From Eledone cirrhosa (lineage: Eukaryota), in assembly GCA_964016885.1 (NCBI GenBank), contig OZ024746.1:78368001-78432000 (forward strand): 64,000 nucleotides of DNA, in the 5' to 3' direction. Position numbers and translations under genes: made by a program. This document shows positions 28,550 to 42,377 of the stretch, piece after piece (positions within the stretch are counted from its first letter, which is position 1; each line of letters begins with the position of its first letter). The notes below the pieces were generated by a model that saw only the letters and a program-made list of their open reading frames with translations, searched no databases and had not been told where the DNA came from.

Positions 28550-29432
28550 CATGCCATCATCATCATCATCGTCATCACCACAGCCTCCACCATTATTATC
28601 ACCACCACCATCCCCATCACCATCACCACCACCACAATTATTAACAAAACCACCATCACCACCGCCATCATCAGCTCCATCTCCACCACTATCACCACCA
28701 CCATCATCATCCGCACCATCTCCACTACAATCACCCACCACCACCAACACCACCATCATCAACACCATCTCTACTACCACCAACACCACCACCATCATCA
28801 ACACCATCTCTACTACCACCAACAACACCATCTCTACTACCACCAACATCACCACCAGCATCATCAGCATCTCTACAACCAACACCACCACCACCATCAT
28901 CAGCATCTCTACAACCAACACCACCATCATCAACACCATCTCTACTACAATCACCCACCACCGCCACCACCATCTCCCCCTCTATCACCACCACCACCAC
29001 CACAGCATCATCTCCACTACAACCACCCACCATCACCATCAACACCATCTCTACAACCAACACCACCACTACCATCAACACCATCTCTACTACCACCAAC
29101 TCCACCACCACCATCAACACCATCTCTACTACCACCAACACCACCACCACCATCAACACCATCTCTACTACCACCAACACCACCACTACCATCAACACCA
29201 TCTCTACTACCACCAACACCATCACCACCATCAACACCGTCTCTACTACCACCAACACCACCACCATCAACACCATCTCTACTACCACCAACACCACCAC
29301 TACCATCAACACCATCTCTACTACCACCATCATCATCTCTACTACCACCAACACCACCACTACCATCAACACCATCTCTACTACCACCACCATCATCATC
29401 TCTACTACTACCAACACCACCACCACCATCAT
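28550..29432. repeat. CAC-derived ~36-39 bp minisatellite (accatcaacaccatctctactaccaccaacaccaccact)
   Basis: ccatctctacta recurs throughout. Confidence 0.85.
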
Positions 29433-29657
29433 TGTCACTGTTGTTATACATTAGTTATGTATCAATTTGTGGTAAGCACTCTGTCATGTATTCAGTCATG
29501 CGTGCCCCTTAAATGTCCCTCTACTCACCCTTGCAATATTTGTCCAAAGTACCTTGTTGTAGTTGTATAATCTGCCTTATTTTGTTGTTGTTGTTACCTT
29601 CTTTACTTTATGGGAGAATGGTAAAGGAGAGAGGAAGGATGGCAAATTCTTTGCTTA

Positions 29658-30242
29658 TCTATATATATAAAACTGAGGATGTCTGTCTGTGTGTGTGTGA
29701 GTTTGAATCCCTAAAACTAGAGAACCACCCAACTGACTGTTTTCAAACTTTACACATGTAATACTTATGTTTCAGGAAGTGTTTTGAGCAGAAAAAAATT
29801 CAAATTTTCAATGCCCTAGGGACCGCATTAGGCGATTTAGCGATCTCTCTCTATAATTCTTAGTCTTTCTCTTTTTAGATAGATACATACATACATATAA
29901 CGTCGCACCCTTATAATATCTGTCTGTATGTCTGGCTGTCTGCATTGCGTAACTTCCTACAATTCGCTCTGCATCGAGAACGCGCCCTTATAATATCTGG
30001 CTATCTGCTGCCTCCAGTTATTCTGCCACCCTTGCTCAAGAAAAATCTCACACTCATTCCCCAAACAGTTGATAAGTGCACACAACTTCTTCCTCACGTT
30101 TTAAGCCACAGTGTAGCTTACTTTACGTACCACCAGACTCTTACTTCTTTGCCCGCCGTGGTTGTGCCAATACTAAGCTTAGCTAAGGCGGTTATATATT
30201 TCACAATACCTTATCCCGTGCAACGCCGGGTACCACTGCTAG
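29658..30242 (+). mobile_element. Non-autonomous Helitron
   Basis: 5' A|TCTATATATATAAAA; 3' GC-rich hairpin cccgtgcaacgccggg (30215-30230) followed by CTAG|T; no TSD. Confidence 0.85.
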
Positions 30243-30686
30243 TTTTCTATAAAAAAATCTTTCTTTAATCTCTTTCACTCTTCCATATTCTCACCGCCTC
30301 TATCTCTCTCTCTTTCTCTCCATATTCTGTCTCTTTCAGTTCACATTCTCTCTCTCTCTCACTCGTTCTCTCTCTCTCTCTCTCTCTCAAACACCATCTA
30401 TCATTGTTCTCTCCATACTCTTAATTATACTTCTTTCATATACATCTATCTAACCTCCTCATCCTCTTCCTCCTCCTCTATCCATTTCTGAACTTCTCTC
30501 CCATGCATCTCTATCTATTTCTTCCTCCTTCCTTCTCTCTATTTTCACTCCTCCTCTCTCTCTCTCTATCTATCTACCCCCTTTCTCTGTACACTACTGC
30601 CACTCTCTTGGTAGTTTTAAAAACTCTAGTTTAGCCCTTTTGTTGCCATATTTCTAATGAAATACACAGTCTATGTGTATCAATTA

Positions 30687-30857
30687 CCGTATTTCCCGGC
30701 GCTGAAGACACTTCATCCTCAAGGACGTACCAAAATTTTGACAACCAAAAATTTGAAAAAAAATTAATAAACAACCTTCGTCCGCCAGGACACATGGTAG
30801 ATTTTTGAGACTTATTTTAGGAAAAAAGGTAGCGTCTTCGACGCCCGGGAAATACGA
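30687..30857. mobile_element. Tc2/pogo-like MITE nested in a minus-strand family D copy (~30630-30985)
   Basis: TA|CCGTATTTCCCGGCG..GAAGAC ... GTCTTCGACGCCCGGGAAATACGA|TA: TIRs and TA TSD. Confidence 0.85.
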
Positions 30858-30990
30858 TAATTTTGAAAATATTTGTAAATTTTAAGGAATTTGGTAAATT
30901 AAACAGGTTACTTTTTCATTAGTAAGCTGTTGTTTGGAACATTACTTAAACATTTCGTACATAAAATTATGATGGAAGATTTATTTATAT

Positions 30991-31110
30991 CAGGCATGGG
31001 CAGCCTTTTTCGAGCAGTGGGCTGCATAGGATGTGGCTCATTTATTGGCCTCAAGGGCCGACATGTAGGGGACAATAAAAAGACATGGACAGTGGGGGTT
31101 TACAATAAGC
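30991..31110. mobile_element. Single hAT-like terminus
   Basis: caggcatgggcagcctttt resembles Charlie-type ends; no partner TIR found. Confidence 0.35.
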
Positions 31111-31202
31111 TTGAGTAAAAGGGCACAATAGCAAGACCAATTTAACAATGAAAATATAAAATAAACTATGTATAAACATAACAAAATAGGAGAATAATAA
31201 TA

Positions 31203-31392
31203 ATGATTGTTTCTACTTTTGGCACAAGGCCAGCAATTACCCCAGTGCATTACTGGTGCTTTATTTTATCGACCTAGTAAGGATGAAAGGAAAAGTTAAC
31301 TTGCCCGGATTTGGACTCACAACGTAAAGGGCCATAACTCCTATGCTGCAAAGCATGGCGTCCAACCCTCTACCGATACTGGCAATCCACCA
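31203..31392 (-). mobile_element. SINE family 1
   Basis: Full head-to-tail match to the other copies. Confidence 0.9.
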
Positions 31393-31497
31393 ATGATGAT
31401 GATAAATAATAAAAGTTATAAACTACTACTTCCATTACAGATAGTACTACTACTACTACTACTACTACTAATAATAATAATAATAATAATAATAATA

Positions 31498-31994
31498 AGT
31501 GTTTCTACTTTTGGCACAAGGCCAGTAATTACCCAGTACATTACTGGTACTTTATTTTATCGAGCCGGTAAGGATGAAAGGTAAAATAATAATAATAATA
31601 AGTGTTTCTACTTTTGGCACAAGGCCAGTAATTACCCCAGTGCATTACTGGTACTTTATTTTATCGAGCCGGTAAGGATGAAAGGTAAAATAATAATAAT
31701 AATAAGTGTTTCTACTTTTGGCACAAGGCCAGCAATTACCCCAGTGCATTACTGGTACTTTATTTTATCGACCTCGTAAGGATGAAAGGTAAAATAATAA
31801 TAATAATAAGTGTTTCTACTTTTGGCACAAGGCCAGTAATTACCCCAGTGCATTACTGGTACTTTATTTTATCGACCTCGTAAGGATGAATGGCAAAGTT
31901 AACCTGGCGGGATTTGAACTCAGAATGTAAAGGGCCTTAAACCCTATGCTGCAAAGCATGGTGTCTGACGCTCTACCGATTCTGCCAGACCACC
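31498..31994 (-). mobile_element. SINE family 1 with three extra tandem copies (~104 bp) of its 3' half
   Basis: agtgtttctacttttggcacaaggccag at ~31498, 31601, 31705 and 31809. Confidence 0.92.
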
Positions 31995-32489
31995 AATAAT
32001 AACAATAATAAAGTGATATGGATAATAATTATTGTAATAAGTGATAGCCTTGTATGTGTGTTATGTAATTGATTAAAAATTGCCTTTTTCGCAAAAGCAC
32101 TTTGGCAAAATTGGAAACACTTGAATTTTTCCAAGTTATTAAGTTCTGAGAGATGATTAGCTTATTCTCTCCTCCCCCCTCTCTTGATTGATGTAATATC
32201 ACAGTCAAGTTGACGTGAGGTCATAATATTATATAGAATGATTTCATTAGAAAACTGCTTGCTTCTTTCTTTCTTTCTTTCTTTTCTGTCTTTCTGATAT
32301 TTATGTTTCTTACATATATTTATTGGGCCCTTTTGTATTTAAATGCTTCTTTTTTATACGTTTTTACTGTGTTTTTTGTTGTGTTATGTTATGTCATGAT
32401 TTTGTTTGTGTGCTTTTAATGTGCTTGAAAATTTATTATGTGAAAATATTGCCAGTTTTAACAAGGCAATTGTAATTGATTCTTCTTCT

Positions 32490-32550
<61 letters not shown>

Positions 32551-33497
32551 CACTCTATCTCTATCTCTCTCTCGCTCTATCTCCCCCTCCTCATCATCAT
32601 TCTCCTCCTCCTCCTCCTCCTCCTCCTCCTCCTCCTTCTTCTTCTTCTTCTTCTTCTTCTCCTCCTTCTCCTCCTCCTTCTTCTTCTTCTTCTTCTTCTT
32701 CTTCTATGTTTATGTCTATGTGTGTGTGTGTGTGTGTCTGTAAGTCTATGCGTGTGTGTCTGTAATTGTGTGTAATTGAAAACCACTTGTTACTGTTCAT
32801 TTGCATGAGTGTGATATAGTGTGTTTCTGTTTCTAAATATGTATGTGTATGTTATGTGATGTATACGTGTGTATGTATGTGTGTTATGTGCTGTATGTAT
32901 GTGCATTATGTGATGTATACGTGTGTATGTATGTGCGTTATGTGATGTATATGTGTGTATGTATGTGTGTTATGTGATATGTATGTATGTGTGTGTTGTG
33001 TTGTGTTATGTGATATGTATGTGTGTGTGTGTGTGTTCGTATGTATGTATGTATGTGTGTGTGTGTTGTGTTATGCATATAGGTGTGTGTGTTATGTATG
33101 TGGATGGTGTGATGTATATGTGTTTGTATGTATATGTGTAAGTATGTATATATGTATGTTACATCTGTCAATGTCTGTCACTTCACCTTCCACCTACCTG
33201 CCCCCTTTCCCCCCCTCTCTTTCTCCCCCGCCCCTCTCTCCTTATATTGAGTTATTTAATTATATATTAAAATTATGTGTGTATGTATATAGTGATCATT
33301 CAATCTTTCTCCTCGCCCAATTTTCAATTCTTGTATTCATGTGTGTGAGTGGGTGTGAGTATACGTGTGCATGTGTCTGTGTGTTTTCTCATTTATATTC
33401 ATATATACATTTATCTAATTATACACGAAACTTGGGTGTGCGTGTGTCCTTGTGAGTGTGCAAAGAAGAAATGACTGTGTGTGTGTATGAATAAATA

Positions 33498-33588
<91 letters not shown>

Positions 33589-33671
33589 ACACACATATAT
33601 ACATCCACACACACATACACACACACATATATATATATATATATACACATTTACATTCATATATATACATT

Positions 33672-33713
<42 letters not shown>

Positions 33714-33972
33714 TATACCACTTCACACGACATGCTACACACAACACCACTATATGCAAGCAATATATTAATAAAATCTTGCTCTTTAACAAATGTTAAA
33801 ACTCTTTTTCTTTATCCAGTAATAAAATTAGCTTTCGGAGTATTTGTCATAGATTTTAATATCCAGCTATTGTTAATTATTAAAATAATTTTCTCTTAGA
33901 AGCCCCCTTAATTTGTTTAGAATTACCCTTTAAGCATCAACAACAAACCTAATTAATTATTCTCTTTCAAAC

Positions 33973-34003
<31 letters not shown>

Positions 34004-34449
34004 CTCATTTCTTTGAATTTATTTTTCACCATTGTCATTTTATTAAATTGAATTGACCAATTAAATTTAAATTGACAGTAAGTTTAATGAGAAATAGTTA
34101 CAATGATAGAGATAGATTTCAGAAAGGTAAAAATAATACAAATTCAGAAATAATTGAAAAAAAAAAAAAAGAAAACAGAAACAAACATAAAAATGTCATT
34201 TTAGAATTCCCTCCTGCAGTAAATTTGAAAAGATATTTAAAAGTCTTAGACTACAATAACAATTTAGCCTGACATATGTCCATATATATATATATATATG
34301 TGGACATATGTCAGGCTAAATTTAGGTATGTTTGTGTGTGTAGGATGTCCATGTATGTGTGGTAAGATACTGTTCTGGAAAGGGCTCTTGTAATCCATGT
34401 GGGCAGATATGGAAAATGGAACTTTAAAATGTGTTGATACTCATAATAT

Positions 34450-35362
34450 ATGCCTCTTTTCAAAACAATCCAAATAAAGACAAAGAATCTTAAATTCTCC
34501 AGTAAGCATTTCATTCTATTGGATAAAACTAACAACCTTTACGAACTCAATCCTACCACTGCCAAGATAAGTCAATACAATCTAAATATAAGAAAGCCAA
34601 CCCTCACCACATGTAATTCTATTAACAATGAGGCTAAATATATCACCACTACCATGAAGATCAAAAATAGACTACAATGCCTAGCAAAGAGGTGAGGCGA
34701 ATGTAACACTTAAAGACCATAAGGATGACTTCATGATTAACCTGGCATGTAGACTCATTAACTCAGAATTAGATCTAGTCAGTAAGAACCTACTTCGAAA
34801 CTTAAATAGGAATATTAATAAACATTGTAAGCTTAACCAATGGGAAAATATCCAAGTGGTGCTAGATTGATTTATCTCCCTTAAATACATGGATAGAGCC
34901 AGATTCACTCAATTTGATATTCTGGACTTTTACCGATTGATATCAAGTGACTTACTAAATAAGGCTCTAGACTTTGCCGGTAGATTTAGCAATATACATG
35001 ACTTGGACTAACAGGTAATAGCCTCACTGCTGTAAAACCCTCTTCTTCAACCAGTGGGGAGGCCTGGGTAAAGAAACCTGTAACAAATGACTGTTTGATG
35101 TTTCTATAGGTTCATTTGTCAGTGCAGATATTTTCATAAACAACAGAGCCCCAAAGTATATGGATGTTCTTGTAAAAAGCCTGAGTCATGCCTGCTGGAT
35201 CAACAATGCAACACTCCAGCGATAATACACAAATCAATACCACCAAAAGGAATCCTGGAAATACGTTGGTATGTCAAAGAGAAAGTTTAAAAATGGCTTC
35301 CTTAATCATGAAATGACCTTCAGATACCTAAATAAAAGAAACACCATAAATTTGGCGAATAT
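34450..35362 (+). pseudogene. Decayed Penelope-like element (Naiad-like): RT N-terminal half joined by deletion to GIY-YIG
   Basis: Manual translation across frameshifts: DKTNNLY, INNEAK, VTLKDHKDDF, CRLIN, NQWEN, FTQFDILDFY, AWVKK, FDVSIGSF, then CSCKKPESCLL and YVGMSKRKFK..NHEMTF. Confidence 0.85.
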
Positions 35363-35772
35363 GGAAGGCAGGAGGTTGAATTAAGTTCAAGAATTGCAGG
35401 AGCTGATGCAATAATGCACCAGCTTCAGCATTCAGTAATTAGAAAGGAGGTAGGTGTAAAAGCCAAATTTGCTATCTTCAATTCAGTATTTATGCCAACA
35501 CTTACCTATGGTCATAAATGTTGGCGTAGTAACCAAAAGAATATGATTGTGAATACAAGTGGCTGAAATGGGCTTCCTCCAACAGAGTGTGTAGAGTCAC
35601 TCAAGGTAAAGCCACTACTTCTCCAAATTGATAGTTCACAGCTCCAGTACTCTGGAGAGATTTTACAAACAAAACCAATCAGCAGGAGATCCAGAGGTAG
35701 ACCCTGAGCAAGATGGTAGGATAACATCCATGAGCTTGGCTGGTCTCACTTGGGGATCCAGCTGAATTAGTT
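35363..35772 (+). pseudogene. RTE-clade LINE C-terminal remnant (Expander/Rex3-like)
   Basis: Translates to ELSSRIAGA, AKFAIFNSVFMPTLTYGH, IQVAEMGFL, PLLLQIDSSQL and RRSRGRP*ARW. Confidence 0.85.
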
Positions 35773-36050
35773 AGGTATATGTATATATATATATATATAT
35801 ACCGAATATATATAATTATGTATATGTATATATGTATATGTATATATATATATATGTATGTATATATATATTTTTTTTTTTATTATTATATATATATCAT
35901 CTATTTATATTCATATATATATATATATATATATATTGATATATATATATATATATACATATATATTGATATATATATATATAAAATGATGATTCACATA
36001 GATATGTATGAATATATATATATATATATATGAATATATATATATATATA

Positions 36051-36103
<53 letters not shown>

Positions 36104-36243
36104 ATATATATATATTCATACATATATATATGAATCATCATTTTATATATATATATATCAATATATATGTATATATATATATATATATATCAATATATAT
36201 ATATATATATATATGAATATAAATAGATGAATATATATATATA

Positions 36244-36305
<62 letters not shown>

Positions 36306-36307
<2 letters not shown>

Positions 36308-36614
36308 CATCATTTTACGTCCACTTTTCCCTGCTTGCAAGAGTGGGACGGGAACTGATTCTGGCTTGATTTCTACAGTGGGATGCCCTTCCTAACACCA
36401 ACCTCATTTACAGTGAGTGCTGGGTGCTTTTTTGCCGTGGCACCTCCACGACCACTTTGCAATGGAATGATAGGGACCCCAGTCCCTATCATCTCATTTC
36501 TACAGCTGAGTAAACAGGAGCAATGTGAAATAAAGTGTCTTGCTCAAGGAAACAACACATCACCCGGTCTGAGATTTGAACTCACAACCTTTATATATAT
36601 TTATATATATATAT

Positions 36615-36658
<44 letters not shown>

Positions 36659-36780
36659 ATATATATATATATTATTATATATATATTATTATATATATTA
36701 TTATATATATATATATATATATTTTGTCCCACCCTTGCAAGCAGGGAAAAGCGGACGTAAAATGATGATGATGATGATAT
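36306..36780. mobile_element. SINE family 2 (-, internally deleted), SINE family 3 fragment and an inverted family 2 3' end (+)
   Basis: atcattttacgtccacttttccctgcttgcaagagtgggac (36309) versus gtcccacccttgcaagcagggaaaagcggacgtaaaatgat (36726). Confidence 0.75.
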
Positions 36781-36836
36781 ATATTATTATATATATATTA
36801 TTATATATATATATTATTATATATATTATTATATAA

Positions 36837-36880
<44 letters not shown>

Positions 36881-37084
36881 CACACTTATTTAGTTTTGCA
36901 ATTATGATATTAGAACAATGGCAATTTAGCAACCATTTCTTTCCTTCTGTCCTTTATCTCCCAGCGTGCTGATGGCTTCCTAGAAGAATATTCTACCTAT
37001 TCACCTTTTATTTGGAGTGAGGATGGGGGGAGGTGATTTTAAAATTATATTTTTCATCCATCTTAATACTGTAACTAACATTCA

Positions 37085-37585
37085 TGATGATGGCACTGAT
37101 GCTGGTGGTGGTGGTGGTGATGGTGTGGTGGTCGTGGTGGTGGTGATGATGGTGGTGGTGTTGTTGGTGGTGTTGTTGTTGTTGATGGTGGTTGTGGTGG
37201 TGGTGGTGGTGGTAAGGATGGTGGTGTTGTTGGTGATGGTGTTGTTGGTGGTTGTGGTTGTGGTGGTGGTGGTGGTGGTGTTGTTGGTGATGGTGTTGTT
37301 GGTAGTTGTGGTTGTGGTGGTGGTGGTGGTGGTAATGATGGTTGTGTTGGTGGTGGTGGTATTGTTGGTGGTGGTGGTGGTGGTGCTGGTGGCGTTGTTC
37401 TTGTTGGTTGTGGTTGTGGTGGTGGTGGTGGTTGTGGTGGTGGTGGTGGTGTTGTTGTTGTTGTTGGTGGTTGTGGTTGTGCTGGCGGTGTTGTTGTTGT
37501 TGTTGTTGTTGTGCCGGTGGTGGTGGTGTTGGTGATTGTGGTTGTGCTGGTGGTGGTGGTGGTGTTGTTGGTGGTGATGGTGCTG
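37085..37585. repeat. (GTG/GTT)n array
   Basis: Directly visible. Confidence 0.9.
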
Positions 37586-37634
37586 CCGTGTGTTAAGTTT
37601 TGCACTCAGATCATTCCATTTTACTGATATGGAA

Positions 37635-37685
<51 letters not shown>

Positions 37686-37759
37686 TTACACATACGCACA
37701 CACACACACATCAGCATCAACATCATCATCATCATGTCTAATGTCAATCCTCCACACTA

Positions 37760-37797
<38 letters not shown>

Positions 37798-37931
37798 TGA
37801 TATATATATATGATGATGATGGTGATGATGTTGATGTGTGTGTGTATGGGTATAAAGATATATATTATATGTGTATATGTGTTTATAAATATATATATAT
37901 TTTTGTGTGTGTGTGTGTATATATGTGCGCA

Positions 37932-37964
<33 letters not shown>

Positions 37965-38332
37965 GATGTGTTCATTTACTCATTGCTGTTCATGTTTCAA
38001 TTTGAAGAATTTACCATTGTTCCAAAAGATTAGGTACTTAAACAGTAACAGTGGGAGTTATCATTTCAATAAATTTACAGGAATGGTGTCAGATGAAAAT
38101 AATAAAAACAAGTGACAATTCGATATTATATATCATGAAGAATTCTTTTTTTCATATCGAAAAATAGTAATGAAATATTGAAATGCACCCCACCATCGCT
38201 ACAACTGAAAAACAATCAAATATGATATTTAGAAGAGAGAGCTTTTGTTATGATCATTACACAATTAGAAAGATGGATATTGTGTGTATGTATATATAAA
38301 AAGTATATATATCTATATATATACATACTTAT

Positions 38333-38660
<328 letters not shown>

Positions 38661-38858
38661 CTTTTGCCCATATGGGTTTGTGAGTATTGATTTATTATTT
38701 TTTAGATCGTACAGGCAAACTATATGTATTTGAATTAAGATATTTCATTCTAACTAATTTATTAGTCAATTGCAACTAAAACATGTAAATGTTTATCAAA
38801 TATTAATATATATATATATATAAATATATATATATATTATATATATATATATATATAT

Positions 38859-39061
38859 AACAAAGGAAATGTGGTAAGGAACCAGGTGGACCATAACGCA
38901 CCAAAGTACTCAATACTTAGGGTAGTAGAGTGGGTAATAGGAACAAGTAGGACCCCGACGGCTGAGCTCAAGCCATTTCGACGGGTAATTCTGGACTCTA
39001 AGTCCAGAATTAGCCGTCAAAATGGCCTGAGCTCAGCCGTCGGGGTCCTACTCGTTCCTAT
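38859..39061 (-). mobile_element. Hairpin element family A copy 2
   Basis: Same ~80 bp tail as copy 1; ~61 bp arms 38937-38997 / 39001-39061; (TA)n on both sides. Confidence 0.85.
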
Positions 39062-39065
39062 ATAT

Positions 39066-39139
<74 letters not shown>

Positions 39140-39142
<3 letters not shown>

Positions 39143-40923
39143 TGTGGCCCTTAGCAATAGACTCCCACCCCCTAATCCTGTTTCAACCAACATAAACAAG
39201 GGATGTGCAAAATTTAAGCTCAGTCAGACAACTGTTAGGCGACCCTCAAACACCTTGAAGTTGGAACATAGTATACACAGCGATTAATTCTGTTCAAAAG
39301 CGGTATACTGTTCCCTATCTCAACCATTTTCTTCTTAGAGAAATTTATGTGGACACATTCAGGCAATCCCAGCAAATGTTTAAAAACGTTCTGAATCAAA
39401 TTTGCCAATAGTTAATTTGAAAAATTCCTGAAATAACATGAAAAACTTAAGAAATATTAGGTTTTCTTAATAAAGCACACAACTTCTATAAGAGAAAAAC
39501 ATTTTAATTTACAACAATAATTTCTATAGAATCAAAAAGATAATGTGAATACTGAACACTGAATATTGAACATTATTTTAGCATAAGAGAGGATTTAGTG
39601 TCAGTTGGGTATGTTTTATTGTTTTCGGTAACGATCTGTAAAACAAATTGTTTCTCAACTTCATCTTTTGTGAGAATGTTATTGTAATCCTGAATGAGTT
39701 TGACACCTCTTTCTGCAACCTCATTCACAACAACTGTCTTCTCAAGTTTTTCAAGTCCACTTCTGTAATCAGGATCATCCTTCCATGTTGAAGGGTCTTT
39801 GTCGAGGAAATCGTTGCTGATGGAAAATCTTGTGAAGAAAGTTTTTGTACCAGGAGTTACAAAAGACGAAAACTCGGTGTTTGTAAAGGAAGAAAGTCAT
39901 TTTGGTGCAGAATGTAGCTCTTCAGTTGATTTTTTTTCTTCTTCTTCACCTTTGTCTGCTTCCAACATAACTTGAGCAATATTTGCCTTAACCTCCCCTT
40001 ACTCTCCTTTTCTCTCCTTGCTCTCCTTTTCTCATTGCTCCCATTTTCTCCTTGCTCACTTTTTCTCATTGCTCTCATTTTCTCCTTGCTCTCATTTTCT
40101 CCTTGCTCTCCTTTTCTCATTGCTCTCATTTTCTACTTGCCCTCCTTTTCTCATTGCTCTCATTTTCTTCTTGCCCTCCTTTTCTCATTGCTCTCATTTT
40201 CTCCTTGCTCTCCTTTTCTCATTTCTCTCCTTTTCTCATTTCTCTCTTTGCTCTCCTTTTTCCTTCCTCTCCTTGCTCTCCTTGTATCCTTGCTCTCCTT
40301 GTATCCTCACTCTCCTTTTTTCTTGCTCTCCTTTTCTCATTGCTCTCTTTGCTCTCCTTTTCTCCTTGCTCTTCTTATGTCGTTTCTCTACTTGCTCTCC
40401 TTGTATCTTTGCTCTCCTTTTCTCCTTGCTCTCCTTTTCTCATTGCTCTCTTTGCTCACCCTTTCTCCTTGCTCTTCTTATCTCATTGCTCTACTTGCTC
40501 TCCTCGTATCCTTTCTCTCCTTTTCTCATTGCTCTCTTTGCTCTCCTTTTCTCCTTGCTCTCCTTGCTCTTCTTATCTCGTTGCTCTATTTGCTCTCCTT
40601 GTATCTTTGCTCTCCTTTTCTAAATGCACTCCTTGCTCCCCTTTTCTCAATGCAGTCCTTGCTCTCCTTTTTCCTTCCTCTCCATGCTCTCTTTTTTTCC
40701 TTGCTCTCCTTTTCTCATTGCTCTCCTTTCCTCATTGCTCTCCTTTTCTCATTGCTCTACTTGTTCTCCTTTTATCCTTGCTCTGCTTTTCTCATTGCTT
40801 TCCTTTTCACCTTACTCTCTCTTTCTGTATCTATGTACTTGTTTATATACGAATACAATGAGAAAAGAAGAGCAAGGAGAATATGAAAGCAAGGATAGTA
40901 AGGAGAGTATATATATACATATC

Positions 40924-40957
<34 letters not shown>

Positions 40958-41380
40958 TACTCAATGCAAAGTACTAATTTCTCTCATCTGTCAACTACAT
41001 ACGGATATATGTAATAGGTAATTTTCCGAAAGTTAAAATTTTGCTTCTCCTGCAGCGAAAAATAGGTGTTTGCCCTATACCTGCGCTCTGTCCCCAGCTT
41101 TGCAAGTTGCCTTCCTCATTATATGTATTGTCACATATCCTTCTAATACCAATAATAAGTCTGAACAAGTTTTTAATTTAAGAGAAAATTATATAAGAGA
41201 TAAACAAATTTTATCTGAAAAAATGACTTTCTGGGCGAAAACTTTCACGGTCGATGAGGGTCGCCTTGCAGTTGTCCACTTGAGCTAAAGTTTTGCATAG
41301 ATTGGTTGTTTGTCAATTGGAACAAGATAGGAGGGCTGGGAGCTAAACTTTTAGAATGTTGAAAAATAAGGTCCACACTA
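39140..41380 (-). mobile_element. hATm-type DNA transposon deletion derivative retaining the transposase C-terminus
   Basis: Termini TAGTGTGGcCCTT / AAGGtCCACACTA, ~110 bp imperfect subterminal inverted repeats, 8 bp TSD atatatat; the minus strand at ~39610-39870 encodes FLDKDPSTW..VVNEVAERGVKLIQDYNNILTKDE..KQFVLQIV. Confidence 0.8.
40001..40909. repeat. CT-rich ~17 bp minisatellite (ttgctctccttttctca) with a short inverted copy at the right end
   Basis: Array 40001-40830; 40857-40909 is the reverse complement of the unit; ends tactctcctt / aaggagagta. Confidence 0.8.
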
Positions 41381-41396
41381 ATATATATATATATGT

Positions 41397-41446
<50 letters not shown>

Positions 41447-41451
<5 letters not shown>

Positions 41452-41657
41452 AAAATGTATGACTCTGACGGCAGAGCTCAAGCCATTTCGACGGCTATTT
41501 CTGGACTAAATTATAGACTAGATTATAATTTAGTCCAGAAACGGCTTGAGCTCTGCGCCGGGGTCATACTTTTTCCTATTTCCCACTCTACTACCCTAAG
41601 TATTGAGTAGTCTGGTGCGTTATGGTCCATCTGGTTCCTTACCACAATTCCTTTGTT
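41447..41657 (+). mobile_element. Hairpin element family A copy 3 (opposite orientation)
   Basis: gaaacggcttgagctctg...cccactctactaccctaagtattgagtagtctggtgcgttatggtccatctggttccttaccac...ctttgtt then (TA)n. Confidence 0.85.
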
Positions 41658-42377
41658 GTATATATATAAATATATATGTGTCTGTGTTGGACTTATGATT
41701 ATAATGATTATAATTTTATCTATATTCCATAGATAAAAAGCCAAGGAAAACAATGCTCAATCTAGTACAAGAGAGCTTCTTTACTATATATTAAAATTGT
41801 ATACACTTAACAGGATTGCCAAGTGAGTTTCTTAACCATTCAGTCATCTAAATCTAATCTAAAGTCTGTCTTAAGCAAGAAGGCTCATTAGGCCAGTGCT
41901 TATCCCAGTTTCATGGTATGAAGTGACTGAGAGTACAAGATCTCCCTTGGACAAGATGCCAGTCCATCACAGGGTTAAAAACCCAGCTATTGCTTATACT
42001 CATTTTTCTGCTAAGTATACTGGAGCAACATGAAATGAAGTGTTTTGCTCAAGTAAACAACACAGAAACCAGCCCAGGAATCAAGCCCACGACATTATAA
42101 TCATAAGTCCAACATCCTTACCACTAGGCCATGTGCCTCTACAATCATGCCTGTCTTTATTATATCATAGGTAGAGGGGTCAGTACTAATTAGAGATAAA
42201 GTTTACTGACACCTTAGTTGTCATCTTAGCAAGAAGAAACTGGTTAACAGTAATTTACTCCTGCTTTACATTCTAAAAATGAAATAAAATGAAATTTACA
42301 GTTCGCACATATGCTGGTTAACTGACCTACAAGATTGCATCACTTGGGAGTTTTCTTGGGTGTTTTAATGTTTTGGT

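Noticed and set aside
34868-34870. In-frame TGA in the PLE RT as selenocysteine (reported for some Naiad elements)
   Set aside because: It falls at an expected Trp (TGG>TGA) in a copy that has other stops and frameshifts.
39972-40886. Leu/Ser/Phe-rich membrane-protein-like ORFs
   Set aside because: Translation of the CT-rich minisatellite, open in all three + frames.
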